A stretch of 64,000 nucleotides of DNA from Octopus vulgaris. Taxonomy: Eukaryota. How positions within the stretch are numbered: position 1 is the stretch's first letter; every line of letters begins with the position of its first letter. Shown one piece after another: positions 1 to 12,294 of this stretch. Below the pieces are notes generated by a model. The model was given only the letters and a program-made list of their open reading frames with translations. It was not told the DNA's origin and searched no databases. Location of the stretch: assembly GCA_951406725.2 (NCBI GenBank), contig OX597814.1, positions 45,446,001 to 45,510,000 of the forward strand, read 5' to 3'. The position numbers were made by a program, and so were the translations under genes.

Positions 1-1513
1 TAAACTATATATACACACATACACATATAACTAAGTATATATAACCATATCTAAATACATACACTAACTCACACACCTATATATATATCCCTATACATAC
101 ACATAAAAACGTCTAGGCAACGATAAATAAATAAAATAGCCAAATACTTCAACACAATACTTATTCATACTCCCTCACACACACATACAACCCACATTCA
201 TAAACAATATACGTATACCCGCTCACACATACATATACAAACATACAGAACTCGATATATACACCAATATATTCACACCCACATCTATACAGATAAATAA
301 ATTACGCAAACAATCACACACACACACACATTCACACATACATAAACACTCAAAAGAAAAATAAACAATTCTTTGCACGTGGTGATCGAACGTTTTTTTT
401 TTTAATTATGAATGGAATAATATATAATCAACTTAAATATACAGAATTTACTACGAATCATTAATAAACCATCATGATAAAAGAAACCCATATACATATA
501 ATGATAAAACTCCCTTTACCATACACAATTATACCTATATAGCAATCTCCATATATACATTCACACACAAATATACATACGTAAAACACACACACACAAA
601 CATATACGTATACCCCCTCACATATACATATACATACGTACTAAACTCGATATATACAACAATATGTTCACACCCACACTCATACAGATAAATAAATTAC
701 ACAACTAAAATACGCACACACACACACATTCACACATACATAAACAATTGTTTATTTTTCTTTTGAGTGTTTATGCATGTGTGAATGTGTGTGTGTGTGT
801 GTGATTGTTTGCGTAATTTATTTATCTGTATAGATGTGGGTGTGAATATATTGGTGTATATATCGAGTTCTGTATGTTTGTATATGTATGTGTGAGCGGG
901 TATACGTATATTGTTTATGAATGTGGGTTGTATGTGTGTGTGAGGGAGTATGAATAAGTATTGTGTTGAAGTATTTGGCTATTTTATTTATTTATCGTTG
1001 CCTAGACGTTTTTATGTGTATGTATAGGGATATATATATAGGTGTGTGAGTTAGTGTATGTATTTAGATATGGTTATATATACTTAGTTATATGTGTATG
1101 TGTGTATATATAGTTTATTTTTATTTTGTTTTATATTTAATTGTTGATAGGTTTATTTTAGTTTATATATTGATTATATATGGATTATATATAGGTTATA
1201 TATAGATTATATATTTATATTTTTTCATTGATACTTTAATTATTTTAAAATTATTTTTTATACTTATATTTTAAAATATTGATATTTTAGATCGGAAATC
1301 CACCTGAAGATTGTCGTTCAAGACATGAAACAATTGTAGTGGCGGTTTTTTTACTTTTTATTAAAATTTTATGTATTGATTAAGTCTTTCCTTGTTTGTT
1401 TTGCAAAATAGTGGTTTTGTCTCTAATTAATATTATATAATATTTTACTATAAAATTGGATTTAATCCTAAATCTGATTTTTTCCTGTAAATTTGGATTT
1501 ATTCCCTAATATT

Positions 1514-1520
<7 letters not shown>
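1..1520 (+). mobile_element. Penelope-like element end with inverted 5' copy and hammerhead motif
   Basis: 1-370 is the reverse complement of ~746-1116; hammerhead core at 1300-1342; ends in (TA)n. Confidence 0.6.
1300..1342 (+). ncRNA. Minimal type I hammerhead ribozyme motif
   Basis: ccac-CTGAAGA-t-tgtc(loop)gaca-t-GAAA-caattg-TA-gtgg: stem I ccac/gtgg, palindromic stem III, GUA site. Confidence 0.7.
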
Positions 1521-1584
<64 letters not shown>

Positions 1585-1590
1585 TGTATA

Positions 1591-1788
1591 TATGTGACCT
1601 CGTGTGTACCGTTGGCGATGTTTTTTTCCTCTGTCTTCCCTTCTCTGGATCTTTCCTTCTCCTATGTTTCCGACGAAGAGCTCCGCTCGAAACGTTAAAC
1701 CCTCCTTCTTTCCTGAACGTCCAATAATACTATATTTGTTCCACGTCCTCGCGTTGTTGTGTTTTTTTGTGCTTTCTTGTTTGGATTA

Positions 1789-1793
<5 letters not shown>
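1591..1793 (+). mobile_element. ~200-bp hammerhead-bearing element, copy with a CCGACGA core variant
   Basis: Same ends (tatgtgacc ... ggattaa.ttt(TA)n) as 43081-43290. Confidence 0.6.
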
Positions 1794-1859
<66 letters not shown>

Positions 1860-2143
1860 AAATAAGTTTCGGGTAAAAACCCTATGTGCTATGCAAAGCT
1901 CTTTCACAGATATTGACTACTTGATGTTATCAAGTGGAAATGCCCTTGCTACAGATTTACATTAGGAATTCCATAGTATCCGGAGAGTTTATATGTCATT
2001 CATTCTATTTTCTATCAATTACCTGTGTATGTGTATGTGTGTGTGTGTGAGTGTGTGTGTGCGTGTGTGTGCGTGTGTTTGTGTGTGTATGTGAGTGCGT
2101 GCGTGTGTGTGTGTGTGTGAAGTGGTTTATTTCAGTAGATTGA

Positions 2144-2350
2144 ATATTGATATTTGAATGCATTTAATACACATGTTTCAGATCATTTTTCAAGAGAGAA
2201 AAAAAAGAGTCCAACTCTTACATAACATCTTCGTTGAAAATATTTCGAAATGTCTTAAACCAAGAAGATATTATGTAAGAGATGGATTCTTTTTCTTTCT
2301 TGAATAATGATCTGAAACACGTGTATTAAATGCATTCAAAATATCAATAT
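2144..2350. mobile_element. MITE-like inverted repeat (~45-bp arms)
   Basis: atattgatatttgaatgcatttaatacac.tgtttcagatcatt and its reverse complement at 2306-2350. Confidence 0.7.
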
Positions 2351-2473
2351 GTGGCATGATTTTATTATTATTATTTACTATTATTATTATTTAATCTGCA
2401 TGTTTGTTACAATCACACGCCAAGACACACCCAGCGTCCTAGGGCAACTGAAGGATAAGAGATGTTACAGTAT

Positions 2474-2480
2474 GTTGTTG

Positions 2481-2576
<96 letters not shown>

Positions 2577-2791
2577 AGGTGGCGAGCTGGCAGAATCGTT
2601 AGCACGCCGGGCGAAATGCTTAGCTGTATTTTGTCTGCTGTTACGTTCTACGTTCAAATTCCACCGTGTTCGACTTTGCCTTTCATCCTTTCAGTGTCGA
2701 GGAAATAAGTACAGGTTTCGTACTGGGATCGATGTACTCGACTAGTCCCCTCCCCTAAAATTTCAGGCCTTGTGCCTATTGTAGAATGGAA

Positions 2792-2857
<66 letters not shown>

Positions 2858-2863
2858 CATCAT

Positions 2864-2925
<62 letters not shown>
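2474..2925. repeat. (ATT)n/(ATC)n tracts flanking a SINE
   Basis: Directly visible. Confidence 0.9.
2578..2790 (+). mobile_element. tRNA-derived SINE family A
   Basis: ggcgagctggcagaatcgttagc head, gttcaaattcc B-box and gcctttcatcctttc..ggtcga core (resembles the Meta-SINE domain). Other copies at about 3245, 3800, 12060-12290(-), 15540, 21360(-), 21760(-), 21975-22610(-), 24170(-), 35987, 53537, 55985, 57180 and 61747-61972(-). Confidence 0.8.
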
Positions 2926-3432
2926 TTGTGAAGGTACATGGACTAGTGGTTAGGGAGTTACACTCAATCGCTAGATCGTGATTTCAATTCCTAGACCGGG
3001 TGGTCCGTTGTGTTTTTGAGCAAAATACTTCATCTCACATTGTTCTGCGATCACTTAGACACCTGAGGTATGGTGCATAGTGCACCAGTCCAGGCAACGT
3101 CGTGTTGATGGAGAGAGTGAGCTAATGTGCAGCACGGACGTTTAATCACTATAAACAAACCATTTGTGCAAAAGATGAACGCTCATACATCGTCTTCGGC
3201 GAGAGAGTCCGTTATTATTATGTATTAACGATTAGCGAAGTAAAGCGGCGAGCAGGCCGAATCGTTAGCACACCGGACAAAATGCTTAGCGGTATTTCGT
3301 CCGTCTTGACGTTCAAAGTTCAAATACCGCCGAAGTCGACTTTGCTTTTCATTGCTTTCGTGCTCGATGAAATAAGTACCAGGCGATTTAACCCCTTTCC
3401 CAAAATTACTGGCTTTGTGCCAAAATTTGAAA

Positions 3433-3464
<32 letters not shown>

Positions 3465-4516
3465 GAGTGAGAGAGCAGTTCATGCCATCAAAGTGACACT
3501 GGGGTAAAATATACGAAGCCCAGTATACCCATCATGCTTATTGAGCGAAAACTCCTAAAGCTCTACAAGACTCCGGCAGGGAGTGGTGGCGACCCCTGTT
3601 GTACTCTTCCGCCCCAACTTTCTCTCAGTCTTTCTTCCTGTTTCTTGAGTAACGCTGCGATAGACTGGCGTCCCGTCCAGCTGGGGGGGAACACATACGC
3701 CATAGAAACCGGGAAACCGGGCCCATGAGCCTGGCTAGGCTTGCAAAGGGCGCATAAATAAAATAAATTATTATTATTATTGATACTTAGCAGAAGTAAG
3801 ACGAACTAACAAAATCATTAGCACGCCGAACAAATTGCTAAACGGCATTTCATCAGTTCTCAGTTCAGATTCCGCCGAGGTTGACTTTGCCTTTCATCCT
3901 TTCGGAGTCGATAAAATAAGTGTCAGTAATAAGTACCAGTTGAGGTCAATGTAATCGATTTACCCATTCTTCTGAAATTTCAGACTTTGTTCCAAAATTT
4001 GAAATCAGTATTTAGCAGGGTTGCACTTACCAAACTACATATATATACGACGGGCGTCCGGACACTCCAAATTCACTCACAAGGCATTGGTCGTCCCAGA
4101 TCTGAAGTTGAAGACATCTATTTTCCCAAGGTACCGTGTAGTGCGATTGAACACGAATCCAAGTGGTTGAAAAGTGAGCTTCTTAACAGCATAACCATGC
4201 CTCCACCTATACGTGCGTGCGTGTTTCTGAATTTAATAGTATTTTCTTCTTTTTTTTTTTCTTGTATTTTTAGATGGCTAAAATCTCCGTTTCGCTCAAA
4301 GATTTTAAAACTAAGTGAAAATTTACAAATTTAGTATATTGATGTAAGTTTTCACGCTGAATTTGATTTTGCTATTCACTTGTTACAGAAAGATTTTGAA
4401 AATGTCACACAGGTTTAAGATTTGATTATTTTTAACCAATCATAGTTCACTTTATATAAACAATACAATTTTTGTAGGGAAAATTCAAAACGAAAGTTTG
4501 AGATACACTCTAGGAC

Positions 4517-4590
4517 AGTGATTCCCAACCTGTGGTCCGCAGACCCGTGGTGGTCCGCAAAGGTAGTACAGGGGATCCGACGTCCGTGAA
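4517..4590 (+). mobile_element. hAT-Charlie-like 5' terminus
   Basis: CAGTGATTCCCAACCTGTGGTCCGC end motif. Confidence 0.55.
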
Positions 4591-4965
4591 CTAAATCCAA
4601 AATTTCATTTATATATATAACTCCAAGAAAGTTAGGGATTGTGAATCCAACCCACTAAGGGATTATATCTATCCAATATACTGTTGGTAGAATACCCAAT
4701 TATTAATACACAAGTGTTTTTATGGCATTACTTAGTGTATTAAATGGGTGAAGGTAAAGAGATATTTTACCATTAATTTATATTGCAAATAAGAAAATGG
4801 AGGAGAACAATAGTTGGTTCATCAACTTTAGGGCATTAAAAATGTTAACTTATTTATTTATTAAACTGATAATTATAATAACATACATAGATATAGCATA
4901 TTATTCTATGCATATAAGATAAGGATACCAGCATTTATTAAAAAACATGAATATAAATTAGTAAA

Positions 4966-5092
4966 ATAACTTACAACTGTTTCAGCCCATAGATAAAAGT
5001 ATCTCATTCTGCTATATTAGTCAAGTGTATTGAGGTAATATACAGATGAAAATGGGGTACTTGTATATATCTCTAGGCTTCGTCAGAGAGTA
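4966..5092 (-). ncRNA. Hammerhead motif with long stem II insertion
   Basis: CTGACGA-agcc...ggct-GAAA-cagtt-GTA on the minus strand, enclosed by a ~75-bp inverted repeat. Confidence 0.55.
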
Positions 5093-5185
5093 TAAAGTAC
5101 AATAATGAATATAAATATATAAGTTAACATTTTTAATGTCCTAAAGTTGATGAACCAACTATTGTTCTCCATTTTCTTATTTGCA

Positions 5186-5238
<53 letters not shown>

Positions 5239-5499
5239 TCTCTTTTTACATGTATTCTTTTTGCACGGCTTTGAAATAACATGGTCCAACAAAATGAACC
5301 GACTTTTTTTTGCACTATTTTCTTTACTTTAACACGGTTTAAACATCTGTCCTTGTGTGATCACGGAATTTATTGCAAGTGGCAAGTAAATGATTAAGTA
5401 ACATCAGTCAAGTATAATTTACAAAACGCCGAAACTCTACATAACATGATTAAGTAACAATTTAGCGAAGTAAAATTAAATCTAATCTATTTTTTCCGT

Positions 5500-5960
5500 A
5501 TAATGATCCCCCCACTCTCCGGTGTGGGCGGGACCTATGCACTGTACATACCTCTGGCTGCGTGTAACCGCTCCATCAGACGGCGCGCAGCGGCAGTCGT
5601 TAGCATTGGGTCTAATACGAAAGACGTGTCGCGTGTTTCTGCGATATTTTTTTATTTGCGATCGTGATACCCCCAAAATATCGGTTGACAAATCTAAGAA
5701 AAATAAAAGTGCACCAATTTCTTTGGAGACCAAGATCAATATTTGGATCATCTTCGTAAGGACGAAAGTGCAGCGTTCTTGGATAGAGCTTTCTACCTGA
5801 ACGAAGCTACGATAAGAACGATCAAAAGGAATGAAGCTGCCATTAGAACACATGTAGCTTGTGGAACAAAATTGTCTGCCAAGTCGTCGTCATATACAAG
5901 AGACATGATTCAAGAAAAAATGGGGAAAGCTTTAATTCGCAGAGATACGAATCAAGCCTA
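5500..5960 (+). mobile_element. Tigger/pogo DNA transposon 5' fragment (CENP-B-like HTH)
   Basis: ISLETKINI/LDHLRKDES....RAFYLNEATIRTIKRNEAAI matches the Tigger N-terminal HTH; frameshifted. Confidence 0.75.
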
Positions 5961-6177
5961 GGAGGGTGGTTCCTACAGTGTCATTTATTACTTCATTTTA
6001 CACCGGCCCGTGTGTTTTCTTTCCACTTGTTGCATATAGCTATCAGCTTTCGAGTTAATAAACTCAACGCTGTCGCTCATTGTTCTATGTCGAAAACTAT
6101 AACTATCAATTTCGGAAGTGTGAGAATAGGCCCTCCACAAGTCACTGAAAACTGTAGTTTCCGAAAAAGTCGACTAA

Positions 6178-6340
6178 AGTATGCATTCCTCTAATGTGTT
6201 GCGATTCCGACACGACACCGCACAAAGAAAAGTCGTATCTGGTCTCACAACTAACTCCTCCGAGAACCCACTGCTCAGTGGCACCTTCCCTTGGTTGAAT
6301 TTGTGTCTTGAGAAGATTGTTTCGTCTATCTCAACAATGT
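6178..6340 (-). mobile_element. Merlin/IS1016(ISXO2)-family transposase fragment
   Basis: IVEIDETIFSRHKFNQGK, EQWVLGGVSCET and FLCAV..RNRNTL across two frameshifts; matches the ISXO2-like DDE N-terminal motif. Confidence 0.8.
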
Positions 6341-6409
6341 ATGTAAGCATATTTACCTTTATGTGTCTGAGGAAAAGGAAAGTGTTTATTTCAGTTGTGT
6401 CCAATTAAG

Positions 6410-6499
<90 letters not shown>

Positions 6500-6609
6500 C
6501 ACTCACTCACTCACTCACTATCCCTATATGTGTATATTTCTGAGCGCACGCATGTTTGCCTCCAGCTCCAAAAAATACTGTTGCCAAAACAGGTTGAATA
6601 TCCAATCAC

Positions 6610-7340
6610 CCACGCTTAATCCTCAGCGTCCAAACAGCTGTTCCCACTCGTCTTATTCCGAGGAGCCTTACCTGTTCGGGACAAGCTCACAAGGCATGGA
6701 GACAGCGGCCCTTCAAACTGTCCAAGATGTGGGCGGGATAGGGAAACCGTCCCACACGCTATTGTTCAGTGTTCAGAGGTGTCAGACGTGTGGGTTTATG
6801 CCGAACAACCGTTGTCAAGTACTCGAAGAGTACAGCTATCGGCTGAGTCTATAGTAAAAAATTGACCCGCTTGATATCCTTTCGAAAGAATGTAAGAATT
6901 GCTTTCTCATTGTAGTAGCAATTGCAAGAGAAGTGATTTGGAAGACGAGACAGAAAAGATTAAAGTCAGGCCGTAATTTGGTGAATTATTTCACCTTTCA
7001 CCTTAAAAGGAAGATAGGGCTGGAAAGAAAATGCCTGACTGTGAAAATGTTTGAAAATCGATGGCAGAATGTAGCACGAATATTGCGAGTGAATGTAACC
7101 TTATGAATGCGACGCAGGACGTATCTCAGGTGTCAGTGGCGAGGCGGGGCTCATGGGATCCGAATTGAACCCGCCTTCCCACTCCATCCATAATGTATCC
7201 CGGTCTGTCCTATTATTCGATTTATTATATTTTTGTGAATTTTTAATGTCATCTTTATGTTATATCCATCCGTCCATCTGACCCCAACCAGATTGTATTG
7301 ACCCTCAGCTATGTTGTCCCCTTGTGAGAAATAAAAAAGT
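6610..7340 (+). mobile_element. L1/Tx1-type LINE 3' end (zinc-knuckle C-terminus, 3' UTR and A-rich tail)
   Basis: CPRCGRDRETVPHAIVQC CCHC motif and IAREVIWKTR motif; ends in gaaataaaaaa. Confidence 0.75.
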
Positions 7341-7364
7341 CACTCGTCTTATTCCGTACCCTCC

Positions 7365-7366
<2 letters not shown>

Positions 7367-7396
<30 letters not shown>

Positions 7397-7441
7397 TGTA
7401 TGTATGTATGTATGTATGTATGTATGTATGTATGTATGTAT

Positions 7442-7473
<32 letters not shown>

Positions 7474-7830
7474 TGTATGTATGTATGTATGTATGAATGT
7501 ATGTATGTATGTATGCATGTATGTGTGTATGTATGTATGTGTATGTATGTATGTGTGTATGTATGTATGTATGTATGTATGTGTATGTATGTATGTATGT
7601 ATGTATATATATGTATGTGTGTGTATGTATGTATGTATGTATGTATGTATGTATGTATGTATGTATGTATGTATGTATGTATGTATGTATGTATGTATGT
7701 ATGTATGTATGTATGTATGTTTATATGTATGTATCTGTCTGTGGGAGTGAAAGTGTGTGTATACTCGTATGTATATGTTATTTCAACTGTGTGTATGTGT
7801 GTATGTATGTGTGTGCGCGCGCGCGTGTAG
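7367..7830. repeat. (TATG)n microsatellite
   Basis: Directly visible; source of the spurious MYVC/IHTY ORFs. Confidence 0.95.
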
Positions 7831-8139
7831 TTTACCATCAGAAAATAACAAATTCGTAAAACAGAATGTATCTGTCCATCATCTGATCGCTAAGCAAGCA
7901 CTACTGTAAACATTTAAGTACTTCTTTAAACGTATATAAGACTGAAAGAATCTCCACGCACTTATAAGCATTGTCTAAGAAGTGCATGTTGTGTCTGTGT
8001 GTGTGAGCGCGGGCGTAGTTTAGGTGCGCGCGTACTAAAACATATACAAACGCATGCATTTCCACATTCACGCACACTCACATACACTCACAGAGATGTA
8101 CAAACACACACAAACACAAACTTACAAGCACACATACAC

Positions 8140-8173
8140 ATACATAAATATATATATATATGCATACATATAA

Positions 8174-8226
<53 letters not shown>

Positions 8227-8276
8227 CCTCTCTATATGTATATTAGGTATGTATATATATAATATATATATACATA

Positions 8277-8326
<50 letters not shown>

Positions 8327-8432
8327 TATACATATATATATATATACATATATATAATATATATATACATATATATAATATATATATATACATATATATA
8401 TATAATATAATATATATATACATATATATATA

Positions 8433-8468
<36 letters not shown>

Positions 8469-8512
8469 ATATATATATATGCATATATAATATATATATA
8501 TACATAATATAA

Positions 8513-8591
<79 letters not shown>

Positions 8592-8835
8592 GTATGTATA
8601 TATCTATTCATACATATATACATGTGTGCATGTGTATATACACACACACACGCACACACATTTATATACAAAGAATCATGTGTATGTATGTGTATATATA
8701 TAGATACATGGATACATCATATGCATATTTGTGTGTGAGTACTAGCCCGTATGTATGTATGTATGTATGTATGTATGTATGTATGTATGTATGTATGTAT
8801 GTATGTATGTGCGTGTGTATGTATGTATGTGCGTG
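8140..8835. repeat. (TA)n/(TATG)n compound microsatellite
   Basis: Directly visible. Confidence 0.95.
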
Positions 8836-10599
8836 CGTACAATTTACGCTGTCATGTGATCTGGTCTGACATCTAATTAGTCACGAAGGCGTGTAATAAG
8901 TTGATGACGTCATTTAAAACCCATCAAAATGTCGCTTGTACTGTTATTGAAAAGTAACAGTGCCCTGAAAGGAAATCCCGGTTAGCTGTACTGTTAGAAC
9001 TGGAGATGTGCACTTTACTGGTCAGGCTGACTTTTTGTAGAGGTGCACTTTTACTAGGTTGAAGGAACACTGTCGTTGTCGCAGTGGTGATTATGTTTCT
9101 ATTTGTATGGGTTGTTCAGGTCACAGGCACTTTGCGGTTTTCTTTTCTCAATGTAAAAGTACTGGTAGCGATGGTATATATAATAGTGACTATGACGGCG
9201 ACGACCACCACCACCACGACGATGATAGTGATTTGGGCTGGTTGTTGTTACTGCTGATGTTGGGATAGGTGTTTCCACTGTTTTGGAATCGTCGAGGTCT
9301 CTTGAAATGGTCCCGCCTTATATTCTGTTCGCTTGTTATATTTCCAACCTTCTCACACCTATACCTCATTATTGGACGCAACCTTAAATCATATTGTTTG
9401 TGTTCGGTGCGGTTAGATTAAAAGAGAGTGAGAGGGAGAGTGGGTATGGCGGAAAGCCGGCGAGAAGCAGGAAGAGAAAGCTGTAGAAGGAAAACTTTGG
9501 AGGTAGGAATAGGTTGTTGAAAATGGATTCTTCTAGCCATTTTTCTCTTGCAGCTCCTACACTTTCCCATATATCAGATTCGACCTGAATTAAGAGTTCT
9601 AACTTTCTTTAAATCTTTCTTTCTTACTTTCTTTCTTCCTTCCTTTCTTTCTTTCTTTCTTTGCTATATCTCATTCCAATCATTTTTCTGACATCTCTCT
9701 CTGTCTCTTTTGTCTCTCTTTCTCTCTCTCTCTCTTTCTCATCTATTGTAATATTTATGGTTCGAAGCATTAGATTAAAGTAAGTATCGAGCGAACCGAG
9801 TCTGCGGACCGGTTTCGCTTTTCGACTGAAACCATTTTACTTCCGCTTTCCATGGATATCTCTCTATGGGGACCGGAGCTGACCATAGAAGGATCGCACC
9901 CACAGGTGGAAGATAGTGGAGTGGCCTTCAGTTATTAAAGTTAGCTGCGAATAAGGCTTACCCAAATAAGTAACCGCGATTTAACAGCGACGAGTTTACT
10001 TAGGGTAGAGGAATCAGCAGGTGACACTGCTGATTCACAGGAACTCTCAATCCCAACGCCGATCTTTGCGACAAGATGAGTTTTACTGCTTTCAAATAAA
10101 CCTAATCATGACGCAGAACAACTGTTACTCTAGTATCCATCGCTGGTGGAAGAGCCGAACCGTCTAGACAACGGTGGCTACAAAACAGCATGGGTAAGTC
10201 AGCAACCCTGATTTTGATCCCTGTAATATGGATTCATGTGTCTCCTAGAAGTAGGCCAGACTCAATCAAGTTATAAGGTTTTCGAGGCTACAATCAATTC
10301 CCTCAATCACACAAATATCACCTACTAATTTCTGAAACGTAAGTCGAAGAAGGACGATGGAATGAGTCTAAAGGAGACGAGTGCAGTGAATAGTGAAAGT
10401 CTCTTGGATTATTCTTGCATTCTTAGTAGCGAAGGATCGATGATCGTCATTTGGAATTTCGGTCTGATCTATTTTGGTTCAGCGCCACTCGCCTCGAATG
10501 AGGAAGGGATTAGAAAGTGTAACCTAAGAATCGCCTGACTTAACACCAAAGTTGTATCAGATGACCGTGTCTGACAGGCTCATCCTGAATGTGGTGGGA

Positions 10600-11260
10600 A
10601 TAATCGAAATTTTTTTTCTTGAACTGCATTGGTGCTTAGGATTTTGAATGCCCGTATACTGATGGATGGAAGGGAAACTGACTGCGAAATCCCATAAAGA
10701 ACTATTCTTATCTGGAAAGAACTTGAAAGATACAATGCCGACATTACAGCATTAAGTGAGACATGACTATCTGACGAAGAGCAAATGACTGCAATTAGAG
10801 CCGGTAACACATTCTTTTACGAGGAGAATCCAAGAGGAGATTGAAGATTGCATGAGGTTGGATTTGCCGTCAAAACTAGCAGCATGAAACACCATTCCTA
10901 ATGCCATCAATAAAAGAATCATCTCTGTGAAACTTCTACTCATAGGGAGAACTCACATCGTCACTATCAGTGTATATGCACCAACTCTGGACTCCGATCA
11001 AAGCATTTGAGCTCAAAACATTGGTATTTCATAAACTATATTAACAACAGAGCCACTGATCGAGCAGAAGTTCACGTCATTAGAACCATCGGAAGTGCTG
11101 ATGATAAGTGGACAGATCACTGGCTGATTATCTCAAAAGTCAACATCATCAAAGCTCGTAATTCCCATCAAGAAAGAAGAGCAATGTCACACTCTCCGAG
11201 ACTTTAATCATTATGCTAAATTCGAGAACCGTATCTCTGAAGAATTGTAGCAACACCCAC
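10600..11260 (+). mobile_element. RTE-clade LINE endonuclease fragment
   Basis: ELERYNADITALSET, VGFAVK, ISVYAPTL and WTDHWLI motifs, with stops. Confidence 0.8.
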
Positions 11261-11599
11261 CTCCATCCTCACGAGAATGCAAGATTGTTCCACATTTTGC
11301 TTTGTTAATGACACATTAGCTTTGTTAATGACACAATTTTAATTTCTGGCTGCAGTGGTTTTACTTAGAAACATCATAGACCGAGAAGGGTGATAGGAAC
11401 TTCCATTGTGCTCCTCGGCCTTTGGGCTTATAGCGGCAGTCGTTGGCTGTTCAAGTGCGTGTTAGTAAATGGAAAAACAGTATGAATCACCATAAGACAT
11501 TTTTGTCTTTAAATATATTGTTTATTTTGTGTTTACCTTTTGTGGTGTTCACCTTTTGACCGAAGCCTAGCAGGAACTGAGGATGTTTCTACAGTGGAG

Positions 11600-11675
11600 C
11601 TCAGAATGAGGCTAGTGTCTCAGAACGAGGCTACTGTATCAAAACGAGGCTAGTTTATCAAAGCTAGGCTAGATG
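11600..11675. repeat. 19-bp minisatellite, 4 diverging units
   Basis: ctcagaatgaggctagtgt / ctcagaacgaggctactgt / atcaaaacgaggctagttt / atcaaagctaggctagatg. Confidence 0.8.
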
Positions 11676-12294
11676 CCTCATCGATATATTCGTCTGCTGT
11701 GCAGGTCGACTCACATATTACTATGTAATATGTACCTCTGCTACATAGCCTCCTGCTAGATTTGGAAAAGTCGAGAAAAAAATAGAGATGGCGTATGTAA
11801 ATATGCAGTGCAAGAAGCAGGTAATAACATGGAATACAAACAGAAGGATGCAACACAACGAAAAATGAGATGAAATGTAAAGGCAAAGCATGGCAAGGGT
11901 AAACAGAATATGAACACAGAGAAATGAGCACAATGCTCAAGTCAATTAGGTAAAGTTCGAAGGAATACTGTGAAGAACAAAACTGCGTCGTTGGTGATAC
12001 GTGTTGAAAAGTCTTTGGTGAGTTCACAAATAGTTCATTATAGTTCAGATGTATATATAATTTTTTACTACCCACAAGGGGCGAAACATAGAGGGGACAA
12101 ACAAGGACAGACAAAGGGATTAAGTTGATTACATCGACCCCAGTGCGAAACTGGTACTTTATTTATCAACCCCGAAAGGATGAAAGGCAAAGTCGACCTC
12201 GGCGGAATTTGAACTCAGAACGTAACGACAGACGAAATACCGCTAAGCATTTCGCCCGGCGCGCTAACGTTTCTGCCAGCTCACCGCCTTCAGA

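Noticed and set aside
7305-8869. Long ORFs of MYVC/IHTY/YIYI repeats
   Set aside because: These are translations of (TATG)n and (TA)n microsatellites. The same applies to the ORFs at about 2.3-3.0, 5.1 and 25-25.6 kb.
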